From Mobula hypostoma (taxonomy: Eukaryota), in contig NC_086108.1 in NCBI RefSeq assembly GCF_963921235.1, positions 23,560,001 through 23,624,000 of the forward strand: a stretch of 64,000 nucleotides of DNA, written 5' to 3'. The notes under the pieces were generated by a model. That model saw only the letters and a program-made list of their open reading frames with translations. It did not search any database and was not told where the DNA came from. Numbering within the stretch: position 1 is the first letter of the stretch; each line of letters opens with the position of its first letter. Both the position numbers and the translations under genes were made by a program. Of this stretch, positions 37,080 to 49,532 are shown in pieces.

Positions 37080-40000
37080 TCAGAACCCCGCCCCAGACTT
37101 CCCTCCATACCCCCTGATCCCCGTAGCCACAAGGGCCATATCTAACTCCCTCTTAAATATAGCCAATGAACTGGCCTCAACAGTTTCCTGTGGCAGAGAA
37201 TTCCACAGCTTCACCACTCTCTGTGTGAAGAAGTTTTTCCTAATCTCGGTCCTAAAAGGCTTCCCCTCTATCCTCAAACTGTGGCCCCTCATTCTGGACT
37301 TCCCCAACATCGGGAACAATCTTCCTGCATCTAGCCTGTCCAATCCCTTTAGGATCTTATACGTTTCAATCAGATCCCCCCTCAATCTTCTAAATTCCAA
37401 CCAGTACAAGCCCAGTTCATCCAGTCTTTCTTCATATGAAAGTCCTGCCATCCCAGGAAACAATCTGGTGAACCTTCTTTGTACTCCCTCTATGGCAAGG
37501 ATGTCTTTCCTCAGATTAGGGGACCAAAACTGCACACAATACTCCAGGTGTGGTCTCACCAAGGCCTTGTACAACTGCAGTAGTACCTCCCTGCTCCTGT
37601 ACTCGAATCCTCTTGCTATAAATGCCAGCATACCATTCGCCTTTTTCACCGCCTGCTGTACCTGCATGCCCACTTTCAATGACTGGTGTATAATGACATC
37701 CAGGTCTCGTTGCACCTCCCTTTTTCCTAATCGGCCACCATTCAGATAATAATCTGTTTTCCTATTTTTGCCACCAAAGTGGATAACTTCACATTTATCC
37801 ACATTAAATTGCATCTGCCATGAATTTGCCCACTCACCCAACCTATCCAAGTCACCCTGCATCCTCTTAGCATCCTCCTCACAGCTAACACTGCCACCCA
37901 GCTTCGTGTCATCCGCAAACTTGGAGATGCTGCATTTAATTCCCTCATCCAAGTCATTAATATATATTGTAAACAACTGGGGTCCCAGCACTGAGCCTTG
38001 CGGTACCCCACTAGTCACCGCCTGCCATTCTGAAAAGGTCCCGTTTATTCCCACTCTTTGCTTCCTGTCTGCTAACCAATTCTCCACCCACACCAATACC
38101 TTACCCCCAATACCGTGTGCTTTAAGTTTGCACACTAATCTCCTGTGTGGGACCTTGTCAAAAGCCTTTTGAAAATCCAAATATACCACATCCACTGGTT
38201 CTCCCCTATCCACTCTACTAGTTACATCCTCAAAAAATGTTATGAGATTCGTCAGACATGATTTTCCTTTCACAAATCCATGCTGACTTTGTCCGATCAT
38301 TTCACCGCTTTCCAAATGTGCTGTTATCACATCCTTGATAACTGACTCCAGCAGTTTCCCCACCACCGACGTTAGGCTAACCGGTCTATAATTCCCCGGT
38401 TTCTCTCTCCCTCCTTTTTTAAAAAGTGGAGTTACATTAGCCACCCTCCAATCCTCAGGAAATAGTCCAGAATCTAATGAGTTTTGAAAAATTATCACTA
38501 ATGCATCCACTATTTCTTGGGCTACTTCCTTAAGCACTCTAGGATGCAGACCATCTGGCCCTGGGGATTTATCTGCCTTCAATCCTTTCAATTTACCTAA
38601 CACCACTTCCCTACTAACATGTATTTCGCTCAGTTCCTCCATCTCACTGGACCCTCTGTCCCCTACTATTTCTGGAAGATTATTTATGTCCTCCTTAGTG
38701 AAGACAGAACCAAAGTAATTATTCAATTGGTCTGCCATGTCCTTGCTCCCAATAATCAATTCACCTGTTTCTGTCTGCAGGGGACCTACATTTGTCTTTA
38801 CCAGTCTTTTCCTTTTTACATATCTATAAAAACTTTTACAGTCCGTTCTTATGTTCCCTGCCAGTTTTCTCTCATAATCTTTTTTCCCCTTCCTAATTAA
38901 GCCCTTTGTCCTCCTCTGCTGAACTCTGAATTTCTCCCAGTCCTCAGGTGAGCCACTTTCTCTGGCTAATTTGTATGCTTCTTCTTTGGAATTGATACTA
39001 TCCCTAATTTCTCTTGTCAGCCACGGGTGCACTACCTTCCTTGATTTATTCTTTTGTCAAACTGGGATGAACAATTGTTGTAGTTCATCCATGCAATCTT
39101 TAAATGCTTGCCATTGCATATCCACCATCAATCCTTTAAGTGTCATTTGCCAGTCTATCTTAGCTAATTCACGTCTCATACCTTCAAAGTTACCCCTCTT
39201 TAAGTTCAGAACCTTTGTTTCTGAATTAACTATGTCACTCTCCATCTTAATGAAGAATTCCACCATATTATGGTCACTCTTACCCAAGGGGCCTCTCACG
39301 ACAAGATTGCTAATTAACCCTTCCTCATTGCTCAAAACCCAGTCCAGAATAGCCTGCTCTCTAGTTGGTTCCTCGACATGTTGGTTCAAAAAACTATCCC
39401 GCATACACTCCAAAAAATCCTCTTCCTCAGCACCTTTACCAATTTGGTTCACCCAATCTACATGTAGATTGAAGTCACCCATTATAACTGCTGTTCCTTT
39501 ATTGCACACATTTCTAATTTCCTGTTTAATACTATCTCCGACCTCACTACTACTGTTAGGTGGCCTGTACACAACTCCCACCAGCGTCTTCTGCCCCTTA
39601 GTGTTACGCAGCTCTACCCATATCGATTCCACATCTTCCCGGCTTATGTCCTTCCTTTCTATTGCATTAATCTCTTCTTTAACCAGCAATGCCACCCCAC
39701 CTCCCCTTCCTTCATGTCTATCCCTCCTGAATATTGAATATCCCTGAACGTTGAGCTCACATCCCTGGTCACCCTGGAGCCATGTCTCTGTGATCCCAAC
39801 TATATCATAATCATTAATAACAATCTGCACTTTCAATTCATCCACCTTATTACGAATGCTCCTTGCATTGACACACAAAGCCTTCAGGCGCTCTTTTACA
39901 ACTCTCTTAGCCCTTATACAATTATGTTGAAAAGTGGCCCTTTTTAATGCTTGCCCTGGATTTGTCGGCCTGCCACTTTTACTTTTCTCCTTTGTACTTT

Positions 40001-40112
40001 TTGCTTCTACCCTCACTTTACACCCCTCTGTCTCTCTGCACTGGTTCCCATCCCTCTGTTGTGAACTAACCTCCTCACGCCTAGCCTCTTTAATTTGATT
40101 CCCACCCCCCAA
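37080..40112 (-). pseudogene. CR1 ORF2 (APE endonuclease + RT), one premature stop
   Basis: ORFs 39057-40112 and 37080-39032 are in the same frame, separated only by TGA at 39059-39057. The sister copy has TGG (Trp) at this position. Confidence 0.92.
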
Positions 40113-40117
40113 CCATT

Positions 40118-41048
40118 CTAGTTTAAAGTCACCTCAGTAGCCCCCGCTAATCTCCCTGCCAGGATATTGGACCCCCTAGGATTCAAGTGTAACCCGTCCT
40201 TTTTGTACAGGTCACGCCTGCACCAAAAGAGGTCCCAATGATCCAAAAACTTGAATCCCTGCCCCCTGCTTCAATCCCTCAGCCACGCATTTATCCTCCA
40301 CCTCATCGCATTCCTACTCTCACTGTTGCGTGGCACAGGCAGTAATCCCGAGATTACTACCTTTGCGGTCCTTTTTCTCAACTCCCTTCCCAGCTCCCTA
40401 TATTCTCCTTTCAGGACCTCATCCCTTTTCCTACCTATGTCATTGGTACCTATATGTACCACGACCTCTGGCTCCTCACCCTCCCACTTCAGGATATCTT
40501 GGCAACGATCAGAAATATCGGGACCCTGGCACCAGGGAGGCAAACTACCATCCGGGTCTCTGGACTGCGTCCACAGAATCGCCTATCTGACCCCCTTACT
40601 ATCGAGTCCCCTATCACAACTGCCCTCCTCTTCCTTGCCCTACCCTTCTGAGCTACAGGGCCAGACTCTGTGCCGGAGGCACGGCCACTGTCGCTTCCCC
40701 CGGGTAAGCTGTCCCCCCCAACAGTAAACAGGAGTACCTGTTGTTAAGGGGCACAGCCACCGGGGTACTCCCTGTTACCTGACTTTTCCCCTTCCCCCTC
40801 CTAACCGTGACCCACTTGTCTGCCTCCCGTGGCCCCGGCGTGACCACCTGCCTGCAACTCCTCTCTATCAACTCCTCACTTTCCCTGACCAGATGAAGGT
40901 CATCGAGCTGCTGCTCCAGTTCCGTAACGCGGTCCCTTAGGAGCTGCATCTCGATGCACTTGGCGCAGATGTAGACGTCCGGGAGGCTTGGAGACTCCAG
41001 GGCCTCCCACATCCGACACCGAGAACAGCAAACTGCCCTCACACTCAT
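40118..41048 (-). pseudogene. CR1 ORF1 (zinc finger/leucine zipper + SGNH esterase), frameshifted
   Basis: Peptide MSVRAVCCSRCRMWE...YICAKC..LLRDRVTELEQQLDDL. After a frameshift near 40727 it continues GDSIVRGSDRRFC and VVVHIGTNDIGRK. Confidence 0.85.
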
Positions 41049-44000
41049 AATGCCCCTCTCCTCAAATAGCAACAGAAAATGAACGTCAAACCTTCCTCGC
41101 CTCGCCCGCTTCCGCCTAAGCCCGGTGAGCCGAAGCCCTTAAGTTTTCACTCTGCTCCCGGCTCACTCCGCAGCCCGCAAACTACGCTGCCCGCTCTATG
41201 AGGCTTTGTTCCTTTTAAATCTGCTGCACTGCACTGCCCGACGTCACATGCCTGCGCAGTCCCGCCTCTCAGAAAGCCGTTGGAGAAAAAAAAATAACGA
41301 AAATTTCAAAAATGTCTTTCTCGGCACTCCCACTCAGACTCTCAGACTCCTTCTTCGAATCAAACCCGAAGCAGTAATGCACCGGGTCAGGTCACAGATC
41401 TCTCAGTGGGTGAGCATCTAGGGGACAGTGACCACCGCTCCCTGGCTTTTAGCATTTATCATGGAAAAGGATAGAATCAGAGAGGACAGGAAAATTTTTA
41501 ATTGGGGAAGGGCAAATTATGAGGCTATAAGGCTAGAACTTGCGGGTGTGAATTGGGTTGAGTTTTTGCAGGGAAATATACTATGAGCATGTGGTCGATG
41601 TTAGAGATCTCCTGCAGGATGTTAGGGATAAATTTGTCCCAGTGAGGAAGATAAAGAATGGTAGGGTGAAGGAACCATGGGTGACAAGTGAGGTAGAAAA
41701 TCTAGTCAGGTGGAAGAAGGCAGCATACATGAGGTTTAGGAAGCAAGGATCAGATGGGTCTATTGAGGAATATAGGGAAGCAAGAAAGGAGCTTAAGAAG
41801 GGGCTGAGAAGAGCAAGAAGGGGGCATGAGAAGGCCTTGGCGAGTAGCGTAAAGGAAAACCCCAAGGCATTCTTCAATTATGTGAAGAACAAAAGAATGA
41901 CAGGAGTGAAGGTAGGACTGATTAGAGATAAAGGTGGGAAGACGTGACTGGAGGCTGTGGAAGTCAGCGAGGTCCTCAATGAATACTTCTCTTCAGTATT
42001 CACCAATGAGAGGGAACTTGATGATGGTGAGGACAATATGAGTGAGGTTGATGTCTGGAGCATGTTGATATTATGGGAGAGGAGGTGTTGGATTTGTTAA
42101 AATACATTAGGACGGATAAGCCCCCGGGGCCAGACGGAATATTCCCCAGGCTGCTCCACGAGGGAAGGCAAGAGATTGCTGAGCCTATGGCTAGGACCTA
42201 AAGGTCCTCGTTGTCCACGGGAATGGTACCGGAGGATTGGAGGGAGGCGAATGTTGTTCCCTTGTTCAAAAAAGGTAGTAGGGATAGTCCGGGTAATTAT
42301 AGACCAGTGAGCCTTACATCTGTGGTGGGAAAGCTGTTGGAAAAGATTCTTAGAGATGGGATCTATGGGCATTTAGAGAATCATGGTCTGATCAGGGACA
42401 GTCAGCATGACTTTGTGAAGGGCATATCGTGTTTAACAAGCCTGATAGAGTTCTTTGAGGAGGTGACCAGGCATGTAGATGAGGGCAGTGCAGTGGATGT
42501 GATTGATATGGATTTTAGTAAGGCATTTGACAAGGTTCCACACGGTAGGCTTATTTAGAAAGTCAGAAGGCATGGGATCCAGGGAAGTTTGGCCAGGTGG
42601 ATTCAGAATTGGCTTGCCTGCAGAAGGCAGGGGGTCGTGGTGGAGGGAGTACATTCAGATTGGAGGATTGTGACTAGTGGTGTCCCACAAGGATCTGTTC
42701 TGGGACCTCTACTTTTCGTGATTTTTATTAACGACCTGGATGTGGGGGTAGAAGGGTGGGTTGGCAAGTTCGCAGACGACACAAAGGTTGGTTGTGTTGT
42801 AGATAGTGTCGAGGGTTGTCGAAGATCGCAGAGATACATTGATAGGATGCAGAAGTGGGCTGAAAAGTGGCAGATGGAGTTCAACCCGGAGAAGTGTGAG
42901 GTGGTACACTTTGGAATGACAAACTCCAAGGCAGAGTACAAAGTAAATGGCAGGATACTTGGTAGTGTGGAGGAGCAGAGGGATCTGGGGGTACATGTCC
43001 ACAGATCCCTGAAAGTTGCCTCACAGGTGCATAGGGTAGTTAAGAAAGCTTATGGAGTGTTAGCTTTCATAAGTCGAGGGATAGAGTTCAAGAGTCGCGA
43101 TGTAATGATGCAGCTCTATAAAACTCTGGTTAGGCCTCACTTGAAGTACTGTGTCCGGTTCTGGTTGCCTCACTATGGGAAGGATGTGGAAGCATTGGAA
43201 AGGATACAGAGGAGATTTACCAGGATGCTGCCTGGTTTAGAGAGTATGCATTATGATCAGAGATTAAGGGAGCTAGGGCTTTACTCTTTGGAGAGAAGGA
43301 GGATGAGAGGAGACATGATAGAGGTGTATAAGATAATAAGAGGAATAGATGGAGTGGATAGCCAGCGCCTCTTCCCCAGGGCACCACTGCTCAATACAAG
43401 AGGACATGGCTTTAAGGTAAGGGGTGGGAAGTTCAAGGGGGATATTAGAGGAAGGTTTTTCACTCAGAGAGTGGTTGGTGCGTGGAATGCACTGCCTGAG
43501 TCAGTGGTGGAGGCAGATACACTAGTGAAGTTTAAGAGACTGCTAGACAGGTATATGGAGGAATTTAAGTTGGGGAGTTATATGGGAGGCAGGGTTTAAG
43601 GGTAGGTCCAACATTGTGGGCCGAAGGGCCTGTACTGTGCTGTACTATTGTATGTTCTATGGTCTATGCAGGAACTTGGACCTGCTGCAATATGCTTACA
43701 ATAAGTCTACTGCAGACACAATCTCACTGCCTCTCCACTCAGCCTTGAACCAGGACATCAGCAATAACTATGTCAGGTTGCTGTTTATTGATTACAACTC
43801 AGCATTCAACACCATCATACCCTCAGTACTAATCAACAAGTTTCAAAACCTGGGCCTCGTACCTCCCTCTGCAACTGCATCCTTGGCCTCTTCATCAGGG
43901 AACTGCAGTCAGTGCGGATCAGAAGTAACATCTCCTCCTTGCTGACATTCAACGCTGGCGCACTTCAAGGGTGTATGCTTAGTCCACTGCTCTACTCCCT

Positions 44001-44934
44001 TTACATCAATAACTGTGTGGCTAGGCACAGCTCAAATGGTGTCTATAAATTTGCTGATGACACAACTATTGTTGGCAGAATCTCAGATGACGACGAGGAG
44101 GTGTACGGGAATGAGATAGATCAGCTGGTTAAGTGGTGTTGCAATAATAACTTTGCATTCAATGTCAGTAAGACCAAGAAATTGATTGTGGACTTCAGGA
44201 AGAGGAAGTCGAGGGAACACACACCAGTCCTCATAGAGGGTTCAGCAGTGGGAAGGGTGAGCAGTTTCAAGTTCCTGGGTTCAACACCTCTGAAGATCTA
44301 TCCTGGGCCCAATATATGGATGCCATTACAAAGAAGGCACCTCAGCAGTTATACATTAAGAGGTTGAGGAGATTTGCTGTGTCACCAAAAACTCAAGCAG
44401 ATTTCTACAGATGTACTATGGAGAGCATTGTAGCTGATTGCATCATCATGTGGTATGCAGAGGCCACTGCAGAGTTGCAGACCCTTCCAGCTCCATAATG
44501 GACACGAGCTTCCACAGCAACAAGAATATCTTCAAAAGGTGATGCATCAAAAAGTTTGCATTCATCATTAAGGATCCCCAACACCCAGGATCTGCCCTCT
44601 TCTCACTGCTACCATCAGGGAGGATGTACAGGAGCCTGAAGACACACACTCAATGTTTTAGGAACAGCTTCTTCCCCTCTGCCATCAGATTTCTGAACGG
44701 CCAATGAACCCATGTACACAACTTCACTGTTTTTGATTTCTATTTGCAATAGCTAAATGAATTTGTTTGTAGTTTATTGTTTTTTTATGTATTGCATTGT
44801 ACTGCTGCCACAAAGCAACACATCTCACAACACATGTTAATGATATTAAACCTGATTCTGAATTAAGAAAGAATGGAATAGCTCCCAGAAAGCAAGAGCC
44901 TCTGAGCTAATAATTCACAAGGCATGCATCATCC

Positions 44935-45235
44935 ATAATCCATACTCAATGGGCATACATTTAAGGTGAGAAGGGCAATTGAAAAGGAGATGTGAGGGGC
45001 AAGCTTTTTACACAGAAAGTGGTGGATGCCTGGAATGCACTGGGGTGGTGGTAGAGGGACTTCTAAGAGATGTTTAGATAGGCACATGAATGTGAGGAAA
45101 ATGGAGGGATGTGGACATTGTGTAGCTGGGATAGGTTAGTTTAGTTAGCAATTTGATTACTGATTTAATTGGTTCAGCACAATGTTGTGTGCTGTACAGC
45201 TTTTTCCTGTGCTGTACTGTTCTATATTCTATGTT
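44935..45235 (+). mobile_element. CR1 3' fragment
   Basis: gggcatacatttaaggtgaga...tttttacacagaaagtggtggatgcctggaatgcact...ctgtgctgtactgttctatattctatg. Confidence 0.75.
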
Positions 45236-45844
45236 GTATAATATACAGGATTATACCCTGCATTTTACGGATTTCACCCTGCAAATGTCATTTATAATTT
45301 GTAGAAATAAAGCTCTGTGAAAAAGACCGAGATACTTTGAATTCAGCCTTCCAGATTATACCATAAATATGTATTCATGAATGAGTCCTCATGATAATCA
45401 AATGCACAGAATGACTATTTTGGTGTTTGAACTTGTTTTGAAACTTTTACACCTATATGGATTTTTCTCTCTTTACAGCAAAGTGGGCCTGTATACAGAG
45501 AACCTCTCAAAGTTCTAAACACAAATTTTTACCCTTTGAACTTAGCGTTTTGTTTAAAAATAGTCTTGATTGGGAAACTCCCTTGTTGGATGGGGGAGCC
45601 TTCGCGCGTGGAGAGTAAAACCATTTCAGTTATCCACGTTGATTGCATTCCAAAAGTCTGATAGCAAAAGGAGGATATGCATTAATTAGATGTGAACAGA
45701 AGCAAACTGAGCTACATGATTCAATAAATAGACTTCCTTTGTACTCCTCACACAAAAACGTTTCAACTCAGTGTGAGAAGCTCATGGATACTTGGACTCG
45801 TCAACACGAATGAAGAATTGAGTGAGAATTCTGAGTTATTATTA

Positions 45845-45917
45845 AGCACCAGCACAGGTGCTTTGAACTTGGAGTAAGAATGCAGTTCTTACTCCAAGTC
45901 AAAACAGTGCTTGGTTT
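45845..45917. repeat. Inverted repeat / hairpin
   Basis: Perfect 14-bp stem acttggagtaagaa (45867-45880) / ttcttactccaagt (45886-45899) with a 5-nt loop and an imperfect outward extension. Confidence 0.85.
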
Positions 45918-46299
45918 GGACTTTTAATTCTACCTTTCACCAAATGGTAAGGAGACTTGTAAGATCACCTAAGGTAAAGTAATAAGACAGCAAAGGCTTT
46001 GAGCTTGCTGATGCACTGAAATATGCCAATCCTTTTCCAAGGACCATGGGTTAATGTATGGATTGTTCGTGATGCTCTTCTTGAGCATGGGCTCAACTGG
46101 ATAATACTGTACTCTGACCCTGGTGGTTTAGATAAGGCATAGAGTACATTTCATATGTGCTCAAGGAATGGAAGGCCTGCACTCAGTGCCAGGATTTTTA
46201 TTCTAAATTACAACGGGTACAATAATTAAATAATGTGGTGTTAATGGATAATAATCTCTGACTAGAGTCCGTTCTAACAACATGATTAAAAAAAAAGTG

Positions 46300-46510
46300 A
46301 CACATACACAAAATGCTGGAGCAACTCAGCAAGTAAGGCAGCTTCTATGGAGAAGAATAAACAGTTGACACCCTTCGTCAGGGCACAGTCCCGAAACCCA
46401 AACCATCAAACTGTTTATTCCCTCCATGGGTGCAGTTCAAACTGCAGACTTCCCCAAGCATCCTGTGTGTGTTGCTCAAGATTTTCAACATCTGCAGAAT
46501 CCTGTGTTTG
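46300..46510. mobile_element. Two Penelope terminal fragments in inverted orientation
   Basis: 46300-46382 is a minus copy (...acccttcgtcagg) and ~46400-46510 a plus copy (ctgtttattc...agcatcctgtgtgtgttgc...catctgcagaatc). Confidence 0.6.
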
Positions 46511-47421
46511 GGGTTCAAAAAGTGTTCTCTTTTTAATATTTTCTCTCATTGCATTAAAATCCAGATAACTATGTGCTTAGTAAACAATATTATGGTGCCT
46601 TGGTGAGAATTCTCTGAGATTTCATATCTCCAGTTCATACTTTATATTGACACAGGAGAAGATCAATCAGCCCAAAGAATTACTCTGGCCCTCAGAGCAA
46701 TCCATTTTTCCCCACCTATCTTCCTGTAGCCTATTTTCTCACATATCTCTTAACCCTAGAGACACAAAAGACTGCTATAACCAAGAGCAACAGACAATCT
46801 GCCGGTAGAATGGAATGGGGCAATCAGCATCTGTGGGAGGAAAGAAGTTGTAGTAATTTCAGGTTGACATCCAGTTGGGAATTAAAATCAACAGCTCTGA
46901 ACAATATGAGTCACACATGCCATCTCAGTTCAACTCTCATTCATTGAGCCTTGACAAACAATTTCAAAATTGGCAGAGTATTATATCACTTTTGGCATGT
47001 TTTTATCTGGGCTGGAACATTAAACTACTAATCCTAAACACTATGTTGTCCACTAAGGTTGGGTCCTTGGTACAGTTACATAGCTGTGAAAGTTTTGTCT
47101 TAAACAAACTGCTGGGAGTGGATGTGGACTAACTTCCGTATTTAATGTCCTAGAAAAATTCATGGAACTAAAAAGGACAATGAGAGAATCATCATACCAA
47201 CAATGATGAATCCGTAGCAACAACTATGCTAGATCCTCTTAGCTTTGGCTGCATGGGAGATGTGGTGATGTGCAGGTAACTTCCTGAAGAATGTATTTTG
47301 ACACAACAGGGTCAGGAAGTTCAGAATTCCCTCTGAGAGACCCAAACTCAGTCTGGAGAGGCCAAATCTTAGCCAGCCTAGTCATTGCTGGAATCAGGCA
47401 GGCCAGGAGGCGGTGCTCTCC

Positions 47422-48632
47422 AAATACACACAACACGCTGGAGGAACTCAGCAGGTCAGGCAGCATCCGTGGAAATGAACAGTCAACGTTTCGGGCCGAG
47501 ACCCTTCGTCAGGACTGAAGAGGGAGGGGGAAGGGGCCCTATAATGAAGGTGGGGGGAGGGTGGGAAGGAGAAGGCTGGTAGGTTCCAGGTGAAAAACCA
47601 GTAAGGGGAAAGATCAAGGGGTGGGGGAGGGGAAGCAGGGAGGGGATAGGCAGGAAAGGTGAAGAAGGAATAGGGGAAGCACAGTGGGTAGTAGAAAGAG
47701 GCGGAACCCTGAGGAAGGTGATAGGCAGCTGGGGGAGGGGGCAGAGTGAAACTGGGATGGGGGAAGGGAGGGGGAGGGAATTACTGGAAGTTGGAGAATT
47801 CAATGTTCATGCCAAGGGGCTGCAGACTACCCAGATGGTATATGACGTTTTGCTCCTCCAACCTGAGTTTGGCCTCATCATGGCAGTAGAGGAGGTCATG
47901 TATGGACATATCCGAATGGGAATGTGAAGCAGAGATGAAGTAGATGACAACCGGGAGATCCTGTCTGTTGTGGTGGACGGAGCAGAGGTGCTCGACGAAG
48001 TGGTCCTCCAATCTGCGGCGGGTCTCACAGATGTAGAGGAGGCCGCACCGGGAGCACTGGATGCAATAGATGACCCCAATAGACTCACAAGTGAAGTGTT
48101 GCCTCACCTGGAAGGACTGTTTGGGGCCCTGAATGGTGGCAAGATAGGAGGTGTAGGGACTGGTGTAGCAGTTACACTTACAGGGATAAGTGCCGGGTGG
48201 GAGATCCATGGGGAGGGACGTGAGGACCAGGGAGTCGCGGAGGGAACGATCCCTGCGGAAAGTGGAGAGAGGTGGAGAGGGAAAGATGTGTTTAGTGGTG
48301 GGGTCCTGTTGAGGGTGGCAGAAGTTGCGGAGGATAATGTACTGGATCCGGAGGCTGGTGGGGTGGTAGTTAAGGACAAGGGGATCTCTGTCCCTGTTGT
48401 GGTGATGGGACGATGGGGTGAGGGCCGAAGTGTGGGAAATGGAGGAGATGCAGGTGAGGGCATCATTGATGACAGCAGAAGGGAAACCACGATCCGTAAA
48501 GAAAGAGGACATTTGAGATGTCCTGGAACAGAAAGCCTCATCCTGGGAGCCGATGTGGTGGAGACAGAGGAACTGGGAATAGGGAATAGCATTTTTGCAT
48601 GTGGCAGCGTGGGAAGAGGTATAGTCCATGAT
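47422..48632 (-). mobile_element. 5'-truncated Penelope-like retroelement (RT C-terminus + GIY-YIG endonuclease + 3' terminal repeat)
   Basis: Open 282-aa frame at 47781-48629: DYTSSH..CKNAIPYSQFL...RGFP...HFTCESIGVIYCIQCSRCGLLYICETRRRLEDHFVEH...GMN. The YIGET motif is mutated to YICET. Confidence 0.92.
47480..47517 (-). ncRNA. Minimal type-I hammerhead ribozyme motif (Penelope-associated)
   Basis: RNA CAGUC-CUGACGA-A-GGGU-CUCG-GCCC-GAAA-CG-UU-GACUG: helix I CAGUC/GACUG, intact core, 4-bp helix II, loop-less palindromic helix III and a GUU cleavage triplet. Confidence 0.8.
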
Positions 48633-49532
48633 TATGCCCGTTAATGCAGAAAAATCTGGGGATCAAGTCAGGGAACTTGCTGTTCTAACGCTGAGTGAAT
48701 CAATACCCAAATGTATTAATTATCAAAGTGGTCAGAGACTTGTTCAATCATCTGTCCATCATAAACAGTAACAAGATGACCCCTCAGTATTCTCGCAACA
48801 TCATAATAACTTCTGAATTGCAAATCTACTGGCTTCCTCTATACCACAACTGCAGTTAAAGAATAGTTATATGGCTATATCCCAGCATCTGAATAAATGA
48901 TAAATTGTCAAAGCTGAAAAATCAGATGCCTGCATCAATATTATATAAAGGAGGGTCAAAGCCCCTCTTGCCTGAACAACATCAAAAACATTGAAGACAC
49001 TAATCTCACTGTATTTGCTACAGCTTGGTTCAGGGTGGTGTTGTTAGTATGGTTTTCCAGTTTAAATACATGCACATGTTTGCAGTTAGAGAGGCATAGT
49101 TTTTTGTATTGGATCCAAGTGATATGGCCCCAAAACAGCTGTGGGCACCGTGACCATCAGCTCACTTGGCACAAAGCCGATATTCAAAACATTACCCATT
49201 TGTGTACAGCCACCTTCTATCTTTGTAAACTCCATCTGCTCCAAATTATTCAAAACAGATGATCGAACCTGTGACTGCTTTCAAGTTTGGAAAGGATTAA
49301 CCCTCTCAAAACTGGCTACTTAAAGTGAATGTAATCTAATTGGGCATCAGCAAAGATCAACTCAGCCAGGGGTTCTCCTCTCAAGACAGCTGCAGTGTGG
49401 CTCAGCTCCATGTGAACATGCATGGAGACCTCAGAGCCAAGCACAACCAAATGCATCCTCAGAAAAGGCTGCCTTTCCCCCCATGTACCGTACTTCGAGC
49501 CACCAAGGATCGATTCTGAGCATTCTTCTTCC

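Larger units (their letters stand above)
36976..41373 (-). mobile_element. Apparently full-length CR1 LINE (~4.4 kb)
   Basis: GC-rich 5' UTR (~41050-41373), ORF1, ORF2, 3' UTR and (TTTCTATG)n tail. TSD gtaat at 36971-36975 / 41374-41378. Confidence 0.95.
36532..43663 (+). mobile_element. 5'-truncated CR1 (same subfamily as 1922-4302), split by a full-length CR1
   Basis: The APE part (36601-36975: FYRPPG, MGDFNFP) continues at 41374. RT ORF 42589-43599 contains KFADDTK. Short TSD ctatg at 36527-36531 / 43664-43668. Confidence 0.9.
35650..44861 (+). mobile_element. Rex1/Babar LINE, outer layer of a nested insertion
   Basis: Degraded ORF2 at 35650-36531 resumes at 43664 (LQYAY..STADTIS...VRLLFIDYNSAFNTIIP; GALQGCMLSPLLYSLY; KFADDTTIVGRI). 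Ends gatattaaacctgattctga. Confidence 0.8.

Noticed and set aside
37057..39747. Long plus-strand ORFs (230, 134, 258 aa), also seen at 25159-27437
   Set aside because: Antisense shadows of CR1 ORF2, repeated only because the copies are near-identical.
47970..48644. 224-aa plus-strand ORF
   Set aside because: Antisense shadow of the Penelope ORF.
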